A stretch of DNA of 64,000 nt from Squalus acanthias. Lineage: Eukaryota. Numbering within the stretch: position 1 is the first letter of the stretch; each line of letters opens with the position of its first letter. The notes under the pieces were generated by a model, which searched no databases, had not been told where the DNA came from, and was given only the letters and a program-made list of their open reading frames with translations. Made by a program: the position numbers and the translations under genes. Positions 1 to 12,710 of this stretch are shown one piece after another. The DNA lies in NCBI GenBank assembly GCA_030390025.1, contig CM059432.1:25422001-25486000 (forward strand). The letters are read 5' to 3'.

Positions 1-2050
1 TTCCTCTACATGTCTCAGTATCCTACCATTTATTGTGTATTCCCTTGCCTTGTTAGCCCTCCCCAAATGCATTACCTTACACATCTCCGCATTGAATTCC
101 ATTTGCCACTTTTCTGCCCACCTGCCCAGTCCATTGATATCTTCCTGCAGTCTACAGCTTTCTTCCTCGCTATCAACCACACGACCAATTTTTGTATCTT
201 CTGCAAACTTCTTAATCATGCCCCTACATTGAAGTCTAAATCATTGATATATACCACAAAAAGCAAGGGAGCTAGTACTGAGCCCTGCAGAACCCCACTG
301 GAAACAGCCTTCCAGTCACAAAATCACCCATCGACCATTACCCTTTGCTTCCTGCCACTGAGCCAATTTTGGATCCAATTTGCCACTTTTCCTTGGATCC
401 CATGGGCTTTTACTTTTTTGACCAACCTCCCATGTGGGACCTTGTCAAAGGCCTTGCTAAAATACATGTAGACTACATCAAATGCACTATCATTATTGAC
501 CCTCCTCGTTACCTCCTCAAAAAATTCAATCAAGTTAGTCAGACAAGACCTTCCCGTAACAAATCCATGCTGACTGTTCTTGATTAATCTGTGACTTTCT
601 AAATGATGATTTATACAGTCCCTCAGAATTTTTTCCAATAACTTGCCCACCATGAGGTTAGGCTGACTGGCCTGTAATTATTCGGTCTATCCCATTCTCT
701 CTTTTTAACAATGGCACAATGTTAGTAGTCCTCCAGTTCTCTGGCACCATGCCTATAGCCAGAGAGGATTGAAAAATGATGGTCACAGCCTCCGCTTGCC
801 TCTCTTAACAACCTGGGATGCATTTCATCCAGGCCTGGCGATTTATCTACTTTCAAAGATGCTAAACCTCTTAATATTTCCTCTCTCACTATGTTTATCC
901 CATCTAATATTTCACACTCCTCCTCCTTAACTACAATGTCTGCATTGTCCCTCTCTTCTGTGAAGACAGATGCAAAGTATTCATTAAGAACCATACGCAC
1001 GTCTTCTGCCTCCACACTTAGATGACCTTTTTGGTATCTACTAGGCCCTACTCTTTCCTTAGTTATTCTCTTGCTCTTTATGTATTTATAAAACATCTTT
1101 GGGTTTTCCTTGATTTTACTTGCCAATATTTTCTCATGCCCTCTCTTTACTTTCCTAATTTCCTTTTTAATTTCACCCCTGCACTTTCTATACTCCTCTT
1201 GGCTTTCTGTAGTATTGAGCTCTCAGTATCTGACAAAAGCTTTCCTTTTTTTCCTTATCCTACTCTGTATGCACCTTGACATCCAGGGGGCACTAGATTT
1301 GGGAGTCCCACCCTTTTTCTTTTATTTGCTCTGGACCCCTCCTATCTCCTCCTTTAATGCCTCCCACTGCTCTGACACTGATTTACTTTCAAGTAGCTGA
1401 TTCCAGTCCCCTTTTGCTAAATCTCATCTCAACTAAGTAAAATTGGCCTTTCCCCAATCGAGAACTTTTCCACCTGGTCTATCTTTGTCCTTTTCCATAA
1501 CTATGCTAAATCTAACTGAATTATAATCACTACCACCAAAATGCTCCCCCACTGATACCCCTTTCATCTGCCCAGCTTCATTCCCTAAAACTAAGTCCAG
1601 AACTGCCTCCTCTCTTGTTGGGCTTGTTACCTGCTGGCTAAAAAAAGTTCTCCTGAATGCATTTTAAGAATTTTGTGCCTTCTATTCCTTTTACACTGAT
1701 TCTATCCCAATTAATATTAGGGTCGTTGAAATGCCCTACTGTTACTGCCCTATTGTTTTTGCACTTCTCAGAAATTTGCCTATATATTTGCTGTTCTTTC
1801 TCCCTGACTGTTTGGGGGTCTATAGTACACTCCCAGCATTGTGATTGCCCCTATTTTGTACTTCAATTCAACCCATATGGCCTAATTTGATGATCCTACT
1901 AACATATCATCCCTCCTCACAGCTGTAATTGTTTCCTTAACCAATATTGCGAACCCCCTCCCTTTTTATCCCCTTCTCTCTCTCTCTCGTCCTGTAACCA
2001 GGAATGTTGAGCTGCCATTCCTGCCCTTCTTTAAGCCATGTTTCAGTAGA
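1..2050 (-). mobile_element. CR1-clade LINE, degenerate ORF2 (EN + RT), runs off window start
   Basis: Minus-strand fragments TETWLKEGQEWQLNIPGY (EN), KSPGLDEMHPR, QHGF, FSKAFDKVPH (RT), with several frameshifts. Confidence 0.93.
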
Positions 2051-2159
2051 GTGAGAGGGAGAAAAGATCAGCTCAACAAAATAAATATGAGAGTAAATTT
2101 TCATCTTCAGCAGTCCCAACAAAGAGTTTTGTGCGCCTGGGAGACATATTACCCCAACG

Positions 2160-3625
2160 GTGCCGTTTCCCGCTCTCACCCTGAACTGGAAAATTTCATC
2201 AACTTTGCTTCCAATTTGCACCCTTCCCTTGCCTTCACATGGTCGATCTCCGACTCTTCCCTTCCCTTCATTGACTTCTCTGTCTCCATTTCTGGGGATA
2301 GGCTATCAACCAATATCCACTATAAGCCCACTGACACCCTCAGCTACCTTGACTACACTTCCTCCCACCCCATTTCCTGTAAGGACTCTATTCCATTCTC
2401 CCAGTTTCTCTGTCTCCGTTGAATTGGTTGAGGGCCCTCGACCGAGTCCATTCCATTTCCCATACTTCTACTCTCACCCCTTCCCCTCCCTCCCAGAACC
2501 ACGATAAGATTCCCCTTGTCCTCACCTTCCACCCCACCAGCCTTCAAATTCAACGGATCATCTTCCGCCATTTCCACCACCTCCAGCGTGATCCCACCAC
2601 CAAACACATCTTCCCCTCCCTTCCCTTTCAGCATTCCGATGGGACTGTTGTCAAAGTCAGATAGCCAGGTGGTGAAGGATAGAATACTAGAGCCTAGTCT
2701 TCAGTTGCTTACAAGCCTTTATTTACAGAGACGCACATTACATACAGTGCACCCCCAGGAGAAGCTTTCTCCCCTTCCCGAACCTGCTCCCATAGATATG
2801 AACATAAGAGAGTCCCAATTAATTCCCACCACCTGAATACAATTAACACTGTTCGCTCTGCAACACTCTGGTCCACTCCTCTATCAGCCGCAATACCCAC
2901 TCCCCTTTCCATGGCACCTGCCTGTGCAAGCGCAGGCGATACAACAGCTGCCCTTTTGCCTCCTCCATTCCAAACATCCAGGGCCCCAAACACTTCTTCC
3001 AGGTGAAACAGTGATTTACTTGTGTACTTCTTTCAATTTAGTATACTGTATTCGCTGCTCACGATGCGGTCTCCTCTACACTGGGGAGACCAAACGCAGA
3101 TTGGGAGACCACCTCCAGTCAGTCCGCAAGCAGGACCCCGAGCTTCCAGTCGCCTTTCATTTTAATTCTCCGAACCACTCCCACCCTGATTTCTCTGTCC
3201 TTGGCCTCCTACACTGTTCTAATGAAGCTCAACTTTACAGCCTTCCAGACTCAACATTGAGTTCAACAATTTCAGTTCATAACCTCTGCCTCCATTTTTT
3301 CGGACGACAGCTGTTGGTGATGATTCTGATATTCCCAATTACACCTCCTCTAGACCCATCTTTTGTTTCTTTACTTGTCCCATTCCCATCTCCTTTTGCC
3401 TTGCACCATCATCCCCTTTGTCATTTAATCTCCCCTGCCTTCCACCCTATCACAGACCTTCCCTTTTGTTCTTTCTTCCCCTCCCCTCTTTCCTTGCTTC
3501 TGTGCTTGCTTAAAACCTGTTACATTTCGAACCTTTTCCAGTCATCGACCTGAAACATGAACTCTGTTTCTCTCTCCACAGATGCTGCCTGACCTGCTGA
3601 GTATTTCCAGTGTTTTCTGTTTGTA
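2160..3625 (+). mobile_element. Penelope-like element fragment (RT C-term, GIY-YIG, pLTR), family A
   Basis: HYKPTDTLSYLDYTSSHP and YCIRCSRCGLLYTGETKRRLGDH peptides. The 3' tail CAGATGCTGCCTGACCTGCTGAGTATTTCCAG is shared with other PLE copies. The hammerhead CUGA core is deleted in this copy. Confidence 0.9.
2649..2848 (-). mobile_element. Solo LTR (200 bp) inserted in the Penelope fragment
   Basis: TGTCAA...TTAACA termini; 4-bp TSD CTGT at 2645-2648 and 2849-2852; AATAAA on the minus strand. PLE sequence is contiguous when it is removed. Confidence 0.75.
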
Positions 3626-4582
3626 CTCCATTCTGTTTGATGGTCAGAAAATCATGAGTCTCATGTACCCAAATTCTCGCTATTTACTCCTTGGCACATG
3701 AAACTACCCCTTGGTTTTTCTTAATGGCAATCAGTTTAAAAATGGTTTAATGCTGAATTTTCAGGCAAAGTCATGGCTGCGTTTTTAGTGATTTTAATTA
3801 TGGCATGCATTAAGATGATTTCTAATATTTGGTCCTTTGAGGCCTTGCTAAGTTCAAGAGCATGATTGCATATTTTGTGGGGAATTTGCATATTGAAGGC
3901 TCTCTCAGGTGCTGTTCTTGCCACTCCACAAGCGTTTAAAACCTAAGTTTAGTATCAAGTAATCATTATTACTTGATTTCTCTCATCTTCTATTCATTTC
4001 AACCTGTCCCATTAGCCTTGGCTCTTCACTTAGACTTCTCAATTTGGGGTTTAAGCTGTGTTTGCACAGCCACTGCCTGCTGGTTTACCACACTGGAGCC
4101 AACTGAGAGCTTTCATCTTTTAGGTGCAGCGGTTTCATCCAGTTTTAACAGGTAGGTCATGCATGGCTGGTAGGTGGGAGACTAGAGTAGAGGAAGTATA
4201 GCTGAGCCTTTGATGTTGTGGTACTTTTCTAGAATACTGGAGGATCTACCGTGGTGTTGCTTATGGTGCATCAGGGATTTTTTAAGAACAAGGGTATTAT
4301 GTGAAGTTGTATAACTAGGGACACTGGCTTATCAACGTTGGTGATGGCCCTGGGAGTCTGGCAATATGAGGATGGGGACTCAGTCAGGGTCTAGCAGTAT
4401 TTTGAGGTTTGCTCCCAAGGTCTTGGAGACACTGGGAGGAGACTCCCAGGGTTACAGTAACACTGGAGGGAAAGGTTCTAGGAATACTGGGGCCACCCTG
4501 GGGATCGCAGTGAGATGGAACCTGGGAGTATTGGGTGGTTATGGTTTTAGTGAGCACTAGCAATGCACTAGAGAAGAAATGA

Positions 4583-4840
4583 AAGAAAGACTTGCATTTA
4601 TATAGCTCTTTTTAACAACCTCAGGATGTCCCAAAGCGCTTTACAGCCAATGAAGTACTTTTTGAAGTGTAGTCACTGTTGTAATGTAAGAAACGTGGCA
4701 GCCAATTTGTGCACAGCAAGCTCCCACAAACAGCAATGAGGCAAATGACAAGATCATCTGTTTTAGAGATGTTGGTTGAGGGTTAAATATTGGCCATGAC
4801 ACCAGGGATAACTCCCCTGCTCGTCTTCGAATAGAAGCAT
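4583..4840 (-). mobile_element. tRNA-derived DeuSINE-like SINE, 3' part
   Basis: Reverse complement of the SINE at 34585-35043, including the GCTATATAAATGCAAGTCTTTC tail. Confidence 0.85.
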
Positions 4841-5189
4841 TGGGGGTTGTTGGGTTTTGGTCGTATTGATCAAATATCCTTGTTGGAGAAGGGGGCCCAT
4901 GGGAATAGGACCCAAATTACCATTAGCCCCTTCCCCATCTCCACCACCACCCCCCTTATATGTCCCAACATGTCAGGTACCCCACTGCTGCCTCCCCCAC
5001 GATAAGCCATTGAATCCCTGCAGCCATACTACGCACTTACTCCTTCCACCAGGGATCCACGTAGAAGAGCTCACAGGTTAGGGATTAGAAGTCGCACAGA
5101 ATTCACCAGCACTAAGCGGAAGCACTGTGGAAAAGGCACTAACACCACTGACACATGAGACAAAGTTAGCGAATAAACTGGTTGTACTG

Positions 5190-6450
5190 CCTTTGAACTT
5201 TGCCCACTAAAAAGGCATACGAGTTTCTTGGCTTTATAAATAGTGGCATAGAGTAAAAAAGCAAGAAAGTTATGCTAAACTTCATAAAACACTGGTTAGG
5301 CCCCAGCTGGAGTATTGTGGCCAATTCTGGACACTACACTTTCGGAAGGATGTCAAGGCCTTAGAATGGTACCAGGGATGAAAGACTTCAGTTACGTGGA
5401 GATGCCAGAGAAACTGAAGTTGCGCGGGCCCAAAGGTAGCCAAACCAGCACAAAAGATTGAGGAATTTCAAGTGCAAATTACATCCAGCGCAAATCAAGG
5501 TTCCATGATCTTTTGCGCTAGTTTAAAAAACATCCTGGTTGAAGCTGGCCCCGCCCATAAAACTGGCCACGTCCTCAGACTGCATTAATCACCATTGCAA
5601 GTTTACGCTAATTGTGCCCGTTTGCGGGCCTTCGAGGAGGCTCTTAAAATTAAGCTTTTTTTTCTAGGTGCAAGGACACCAATAGGCACGTTTTTCATGC
5701 TTTTAAATATTATTTAAAAAAATTACTAAGAAAGCGACTACTGTACACCAATATAAATAGTAAATTATACTGTATAGATTTTTAAAGTCAATTGCAGTTA
5801 TTTAAAATCGGGTTACTCAAAGGTGGTGGACTAGACACTGCTTATTTTTTGTGATAAACCTATTTTCAGCTGTATTAATAAAGCTGCAACAGGTTACCAC
5901 TTTTAAATATATCAAGGAATAACTTTTAATGCACAAAAAAGTTTTAAAAATCACGTTTTCAAACGCTGGCCGATTGCGCTGGTTCATGCCAGATTTACGT
6001 TCGCAGATATGAAACTTGAGGAAAAAAAACACTTCTCAAAACAAGCGCAATTTTGAGCGCAATTTACGCCCGGATCGCTGGTTGCGCCCAAAGCGGAAAC
6101 TCCAAGCCCATGAATGATTTTGATAGAGTAAATAAGAAGAATCAGTTTCCAGTGGCAGAAGGGTCAGTAACCAGAGGACACAGATTTAAGGTAATTGGCA
6201 AAAGAACCACAGGCAACATGAGGAAAAAAATATTATGCAGTGAGTTGTTATGATCTGGAATGCACTGCCTGAAAGCAGATTCAGTAATAACTTTCAAAAA
6301 GGAATTCGATAAATACTTGAAGTGGAAAAACTTGCTGAGCCATGGGGAAAGAGCAGGGGAGTGGGACTAATTGGATAGCTCTTTCAAAGAGCCGGCACAG
6401 GTACGAAGGGCCGAATGCCCCGCTTCTGTGCTGTATCATTCTATGATTCT
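5190..6450 (+). mobile_element. CR1 3' fragment split by a Harbinger-type MITE-like insert (~5410-6108)
   Basis: CR1 ORF2 C-terminal peptides ([16 protein letters not shown]) and ATTCTATG tail. The intervening sequence ends AAACTCCAAGCCC, like other Harbinger TIRs in the window. Confidence 0.7.
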
Positions 6451-6859
6451 GTGGTTCTAATCTGCTTTCTGATAGTGTAGAACAAGGTGGCAGCACAACA
6501 AAGGATGGACATGCATATTAGTTAAGGAAGTGCCAGTGATTGTGTGGCAGAAGATGCTTGCAACCACTTTCTCTGGCCATGTGTACAGCTGCGGGGGTGG
6601 GGTTCTTTGAAGTGGCAGTCCAGGCACTATGCTGAATGTATCTTCCTGGCTGGACTGGTATTTGTAAAACATGATTCTCTTGATCATCGTCTGCATCCTG
6701 CTCCGGACTTGATTCTGGACTGGCATCCTCCTCCATGGTTAGCTTTGTTAGTGTTGTAAAGTTGTGGCGTATGTAGCAATGATGATGATCTTGAAAAACC
6801 CTGGGGAGGCTGTACCATAAGGTGTCCATGATCTGTCAACACATCTGAAGCTTCAGCAT

Positions 6860-7215
6860 CCCTGGGCTAGGAAGGAGACAAATCAGTCATTGTTCCCTGT
6901 ATTGACTGATGGCTGTCCATTGGCATCGTCTAGTCAGGTGAGGCCAGGATCATGCTTGACTGTGATGATGTAGTCCATTAAATAGCCTGTTGCTACTTGT
7001 TACCTGGATTGACACATGGGCCCTGAAGGTACTCATTCACTAAAGTAATGGTGAGAGGAAGTTCAGCAGAACCCATTGAGGGCTCATGCATTTACCGTTT
7101 CATGGTGCAATCTCAGGGCCATGAAAACTGTCACTTGGGCAGGGTACTGGCGGGCAACTGATACCAAAGAAAATGTATGCCAGCGTGAGTCAACGTCTTC
7201 AGGGGAGGAGAGAAA
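6860..7215 (+). mobile_element. Old LF-SINE-like SINE fragment
   Basis: Diverged similarity to the inverted copy at ~11560-11900 and to the 3' segment at ~29440-29560. Family name is from recall only. Confidence 0.45.
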
Positions 7216-7402
7216 AACAAAAAGTGACATGCTGTTCCTTTAACTAAAGAGTCTTGATCCACATACAATATGGTCCTCAATTATTTTCTCACAGCTCAGC
7301 AGAGTAACTACATAGTCAACGAGCTGCCAACTATTTCCCAGAGACAGCAGGTCATTGTGCAAGTCTAATCATTTTGGTGGAAATGCATTTCTTGCTTTCA
7401 CA

Positions 7403-7487
7403 CCCCGCCCCCCACCCCCCCGCCCCCCCACCCCCCCCCCCCCCCCCCCCCCGCCCCCCACCCCCGCCCCCCCCCACCCCACCCCCT
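7403..7487. repeat. C-rich low-complexity tract (poly-G on minus strand)
   Basis: Runs of C punctuated by single G or A. Confidence 0.95.
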
Positions 7488-8104
7488 GGCATTCAGACCT
7501 AATTGTTTAATTGAATTATTAACTGGCTGCAGTACAAAGATTCATCAAACAGCTGTACTTATGGGGAATTCATAGAACTCTGGTTCCAGGCTTAATCCTG
7601 ATCCAAGCTTAACGACTCCTGGCAATCTCACTTTTGCTTTTATTCATCAGGAGCTAACGGCCCTGATTTCCCCTGGTGTGATGTTTCTATTCAGATGCAG
7701 TGTGAATGGATCACCCACAATAAGCAAATTACATCGGTAAGCAGATGCTGATGGTGACAGTGTTTGTAATTGAAAACAATGGGAGAATGACAACAACTGA
7801 TGAAAAATAAGGGCACTGCAGTACAAAATAATGCAGGAAGATTGTTATGGAAATTTTCTCTTCTTTTTTCAATTTTCTCCCTTCTCTTCCTGACTCTCGC
7901 AGAGGCATTCTTCGGGCTTCGATGCCTTGTCTGAGTGCCCATTATGCATGTGTAAGCCTAGGCGGCACCTTCATGTCCCGCGTCCTTTACCAGCGAGAAG
8001 GACAAGAACAGTTACGTCGCCTCCAGACACACACCATCCTGATTAGGTCATCTATCCCTGTTCCTTCATTGTCACTGGGTCAAAAGAAAAAAGAAAGAAA
8101 AGAA

Positions 8105-8390
8105 AGACTTCCAGCTATAAAGTGTGTTTCATGAACTCAGGATGTCCCAAAGCGCTTTACAGCCAATGATGTACTTTTTTGACATGCAGTCACTGTTGTA
8201 ATGTAAGAAACACGGCTGCTAATTTGTACTCAGCAAGCTCCCACGAACAGCAATGAGATGATGACCAGATAATCTCTTTTTTTAGTGATGTTGATTGAGG
8301 GATAAATATTGTCCCAAGACACCGGGGATAACTCCCCTGCTCTTCTTTGACATGGTGCTTTTGGATCCTTTCCATCCACCTGAGAGGGCA
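8105..8390 (-). mobile_element. DeuSINE-like SINE, 3' part
   Basis: Matches the reverse complement of 34760-35043. Confidence 0.85.
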
Positions 8391-8441
8391 GATGTAATTT
8401 GTTTTTGCCTTTTGACAGGAAAGTTCATAGAGAAAGATAAA

Positions 8442-9482
8442 GGGCTGGATTTTCCCGGGTCCCACCCGCACAGTGCAGGGGAACCCGGGAGACAGCAGGA
8501 AACCTGAAAGTTTGGGTTTCCTGGCACGCTCTACAGCATGCATACGATGGAAAGGATGGATTCCCACCCCGGGAGTCAGCCTGATTGACAGGCTGGCTTC
8601 CAGTCGTGCGGGGAACGCGGACCAGGAGGCCACAGGACCAGATAGGTGCTGGGCCCAGGATGGTTGGGGGTGGGAGGAGTTCCAAGCCGTGGGGGAGGGT
8701 CTGATCCCCTGGGAGGGGGGGGTCCGATCCCCGACCCCGGGGCTGAGTCGCGATCCCGGTGGGGGGGGGGGGGTCCAATTCCCAACTCCGGGCTGAGTCG
8801 CGATCCTAGGGGGTGGGGGGTCGGGTGTGGGTGTTTCAGGCCCAGGGGGATCCGATCCCTGGGGATATCCAAACCCCGACCCCGGGGGGTGCGGGCTGCT
8901 GGTGGGGGAGCTTGGGGGGCTGGGAGGAAGCACTCCTGCTCCCCCCCAGCCCACAAGGATTGCTCCCTGAGGCTGAGGCCACCTCATTGCAGCCACCAGG
9001 AATCCCGAGCCCCGGGATCCTCGGCCACCTGCAGTAAAACCTGCAAATCAGGTTAAAGCAGAGGCTTCAGGCCTCATTAGAATATTTAAATTGCCAACCC
9101 GCCTCCTGGCAGCAGGTTGGAGGTGGGTTGGGGTCGGGTTTTACATTTTGCAACTTTCACTTCCCCCCACGCCTCCAACTCCGCGATTATAATCGCTCAA
9201 CCTTTGGTGGCCGTGCCTTCTGTTGCCTTGGCCCTAAGCTCTGGAATTCCCTGCCTAAACCTCTCCGCCTCGCTACCTCTCTTTCCTCCTTTAAGACGCT
9301 CCTTAAAACCTACCTCTTTGACCAAGCTTTTGGTCATCTGCCCAATTTATCCTTATGTGGATTGGTGTCAAATTTTTTGTCTTAAAATACTCCTGTGCAG
9401 CGCCTTGGGACGTTTTACTACGTTAAAGGCGCTAGATAAATACAAGTTGTTGTTGTTGTTCTTATCTGTGAAAATTCCGGCT
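8442..9482. mobile_element. Non-autonomous Harbinger-like element, GC-rich, with nested L2 3' end
   Basis: Imperfect TIRs GGGCTGGATTTTC / GAAAATTCCGGCT. Internal motifs CAGCCTGATTGA and GGAAGCACTCCTG are shared with 37540-38640. Confidence 0.6.
9186..9459 (+). mobile_element. L2 LINE 3' end
   Basis: DYNRSTFGGRAFCCLGPKLWNSLP, nearly identical to 27067-27340; (TTG)n tail. Confidence 0.9.
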
Positions 9483-10029
9483 AAAGACTCACCACAAAAG
9501 AAACCTGCAGTACTTTTCAATGGTGCCTTCAGACGGTTGGCAATGTTTTGATATAGCCGCCAGTAGCGAGCGCTGACACATTACGGCGCCCCGCAGTGGC
9601 AGAGGGCACTCCGATTGGGCCGATAAACAAGACTGTGACAAATAACGTTGACATGCTTGTCAGAACAAAAGACATGACTCAGCCTTATTTCTGTGTGCAT
9701 ATGGAAGCCTGCCAGCAACCATGACAAATGGCCTTAGTCTGACAGTACACATCAGTGGCTGAACTTTCATTCATCATTAGGTGGGAGCACAGCATCTGAA
9801 GTGCAGCTGAAACCTGAAAGAAGCGTTTTATTTTCAGGTCCATAAAATTCTAGTCAGATAGAGCCAGTGAGGAAATGGTTCTCCAAATTTTGATAGGTCT
9901 ATAGCCTCTGGGCAACATTTTGTATATGTGACTAGCAGAGACCTCACCAGGCTTGGAAATGGGAGTTTAAATTTCTGTACAAGTTAACATTTTAAAATTC
10001 TAGCTGTATTTATTCGACTTCATAGTCAA

Positions 10030-10555
10030 ATCATAGAATCATAGAAATTTACAGCACAGAAGGAGGCCATTCGGCCCATCTTGTCTGTGCCGGCCGACAA
10101 AGAGCTATCCAGCCTAATCCCACTTTCCAGCACTTGGTCCGTAGCCTTGTAGGTTAGGGCACTTCAAGTGCATATCCAAGTACTTTTTAAATGTGATGAG
10201 GGTCTCTGCCTCTATGAAATTTCTCCTCAAATCCCTTCTAAACCACTGACCAATTACTTTAAATCTATGCCCCCTGGCTACTGACCCTTCTGCTAAGGAA
10301 ATAGGTCCTTCCTATCCACTCTATCTAGGCCCCATATAACTTTATACACCTCAATTAGGTCTCCCCTCAGCCTCCTCCGTTCCAAAGAAAACAACCCCAG
10401 CCTATCCAATCTTTCCTCATAGCTAAAATTCCGCAGCCCAGGCAACATCCTCGTAAATCTCCTCTGCACCCCCTCTAGTGCAATCACATCCTTCCTGTAA
10501 TGTGGTGACCAGAACTGCATGCAGTATTCTAGCTGCGGCCTAACTAGTGTTTTAA
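10030..10555 (-). mobile_element. CR1 3' fragment
   Basis: [24 protein letters not shown]...[20 protein letters not shown] tail. Confidence 0.92.
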
Positions 10556-11073
10556 TGTAATGTAAAGATATTTTATCACTGTTCCATGACTATTTAATTA
10601 TCTCTTATCCACTTATCCCTGGAAATTTTGGCGTAATGTCGACAGTGGCGTAACTCATTTACGCCATAATTTCCTCTGGTCCCAGGTGCAAGCCTCCAGG
10701 AAATTCCTGCCCAATACATTCCCCATTCCACCAGACTGGTCCATGGTGTAAATTGAAATCGAGATCAGCAGACTATTGAGCTCAATATTGTGACTTAGAT
10801 TTTGTTTATGTGAATTAATTTTAATGTATGCGTTAATTTTTAAAGTTTGTTTTTCACCATTGCCTGTGATTCTTTGCTCACAAACGTTGCTGCTGCACAA
10901 AAATAAAAGCTTTAGAAACTGCACAAAACCCTCTTAGAATCTTTACGGCAGTTTTTAGCTGACCAACATTTTCTGTCTACCTATCAGTAACCTGATATTT
11001 TTGTAATCGTTGCCTTTTGTTGATCTAATTACCGAGAATTTTTGGACACTCGCGTGGAAATGGCATTTGACAG

Positions 11074-11178
11074 AAGCAAATTTACCACGTGCTATATGGC
11101 AAAAACTCACTTAAAAAGATGAGCTTCACTGGACCACGAAAAGGCCTTTCAGCTCATCAAGCACATTCTTTTCATAAG
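11074..11178 (+). CDS. Candidate internal host exon (KQIYHVLYGKNSLKKMSFTGPRKGLSAHQAHSFHK)
   Basis: 105-nt stop-free phase 0-0 block between TTTGACAG| and AAG|GTATGC in non-repetitive DNA. Weak pyrimidine tract; peptide not recognised. Confidence 0.28.
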
Positions 11179-11559
11179 GTATGCAAAATTTACCCTATCA
11201 CTTGATCTCCTGAGGGAGAGTTCTGTTTCCCTGATCACCAAAAGTAAACAAGCAAAATTTGAGAATATTTATTCATCTGCACACTCCCATTACTTTCCCA
11301 AACCAGTTGTTCTATATTTTGGAAATGGAAGAAAGTTTTAAAGAATAAAAGAGGGGTTAATTGGCTGAAAGAACAGCTTTAGAGATGGGTTTTCCAGCCA
11401 ATCATACACCCTGACTAACATTCTTGATTTGGTTATGTCATAAGAGTGATCTATCAATCTTTGACATGTTAAAGCGGATCAAAACTCTTTGTCCATGGCC
11501 TCTTGTAGCCTAACAACCCTAAAAATAATTTCTTCCTTGCCAAATTTTTTGCCCTCCAT

Positions 11560-11900
11560 CCTCTTCCTCAAGCCTTTGACTTCTTGCTGGGGTATAATTC
11601 CACAAATACTGGTTCTCACTCAAATTGTCATTATTCATGTGTGAGCCTTCATAGTGACTGTTGTTGAGGCATCACAATGATTCTCTCCTCACCTATTGGC
11701 CACAAGCACATACTTCCAGCAGGGATACTGGATAGCAATCAGGAGCAGAAACCTTGGGTAATTTTCCTCTTCATAATCTAGGAGCACTGAGATAACTGCA
11801 ATATCCCTACCACTGGGTCAGATCAGCTAACTCAGTACAGATCAGGGATTGATTTTAGGACCTTCATAGTCTGTATGACTGGTCAACTACCCATTGAACC
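11560..11900 (-). mobile_element. Old LF-SINE-like SINE
   Basis: Diverged tRNA-like head at the right end; similar to 6860-7215. Confidence 0.45.
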
Positions 11901-11929
11901 ATTGTAGGTGCTAGATTTTGAAGGAATAA

Positions 11930-12200
11930 ATAGGAACATAGGAACATAGCCGCAATTCAATTAGATCATGGCTGATCTGCACCTCAAATCTATTTTTCCG
12001 CCTTTGCTCCATAACCCTTGATACCCTTACGTAACAAAAATCTATCTAGCTCAGTCTTGAAAGCTCCAAATGTCCCAGCATCTATAGCCTTTTAGGGTCG
12101 AGAGTTCCAAAATTCTGCTACCCAGTGTGTAAAAGTGTTTCCTGATTTTACTCCTGAAAGGCCCAGCTCTAATTTCAAGATGAGGTCCCCTTCACTTCTT
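11930..12200 (-). mobile_element. CR1 3' end fragment
   Basis: Similar to the 3' UTR and tail of 12711-12960. Confidence 0.8.
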
Positions 12201-12327
12201 TGCACTTTCTCCTTTCAGGCTTGGCAAAGGCTGCCAATGGTTTGAGATGTTTTTTCAGCCTTTCCAGAGGCTGGAGGAATTTTGCTTCCCTATTCTGCCT
12301 CTTTCTTTTAATTGTTTGCACCTCTTT

Positions 12328-12431
12328 GGGGCTGAAATTCATTTTGGGTGGCAGTGCAAAATGGGCGAATGCGAATCGGCAGCCTATATTACAGTCTGCC
12401 CAATATCTGTTTCCAAGACGCATTTCACCCC
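12328..12431. mobile_element. Short Harbinger-type MITE
   Basis: GGGGCTGAAAT...ATTTCACCCC termini; AAAATGGGCGA motif shared with 63190-63337. Confidence 0.55.
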
Positions 12432-12670
12432 TATTAGATTTCACCAATTGCATTTATGTCATTAGGTTGGCTGTCATGACCTCTCTGGGGGCTGGAAACT
12501 CCACCTTCATTAATCCTCTGACAAAGCTGTGGCTCTGAGGTGACCAGCAGGTGGGCACAGAAAACCTTTGGTGCAGCCTGACCTCCTGGCATCCCTACCT
12601 TGACCCTCTTGCTTGTCTAAACAGAGAAGTCGCACAACACCAGGTTATAGTCCAACAGATTTATTTAATT

Positions 12671-12708
12671 TTACAAGCTTTCGGAGCTGTCGCTCCTTCG
12701 TCAGGTAA
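12671..12708 (-). ncRNA. Minimal type-I hammerhead ribozyme (PLE family B)
   Basis: UUAC-CUGACGA-A-GGAGC-GACA-GCUCC-GAAA-GC-UU-GUAA: both catalytic boxes, stem I UUAC/GUAA, stem II hairpin, palindromic short stem III. Confidence 0.85.
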
Positions 12709-12710
12709 GT

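Noticed and set aside
6457..6829. Overlapping ORFs with an acidic stretch (MEEDASPESSPEQDADDD)
   Set aside because: No recognisable domain or convincing splice sites.
8190..9056. 268-aa Pro-rich ORF and overlapping ORFs
   Set aside because: Products of GC-rich repeats inside a non-autonomous element.
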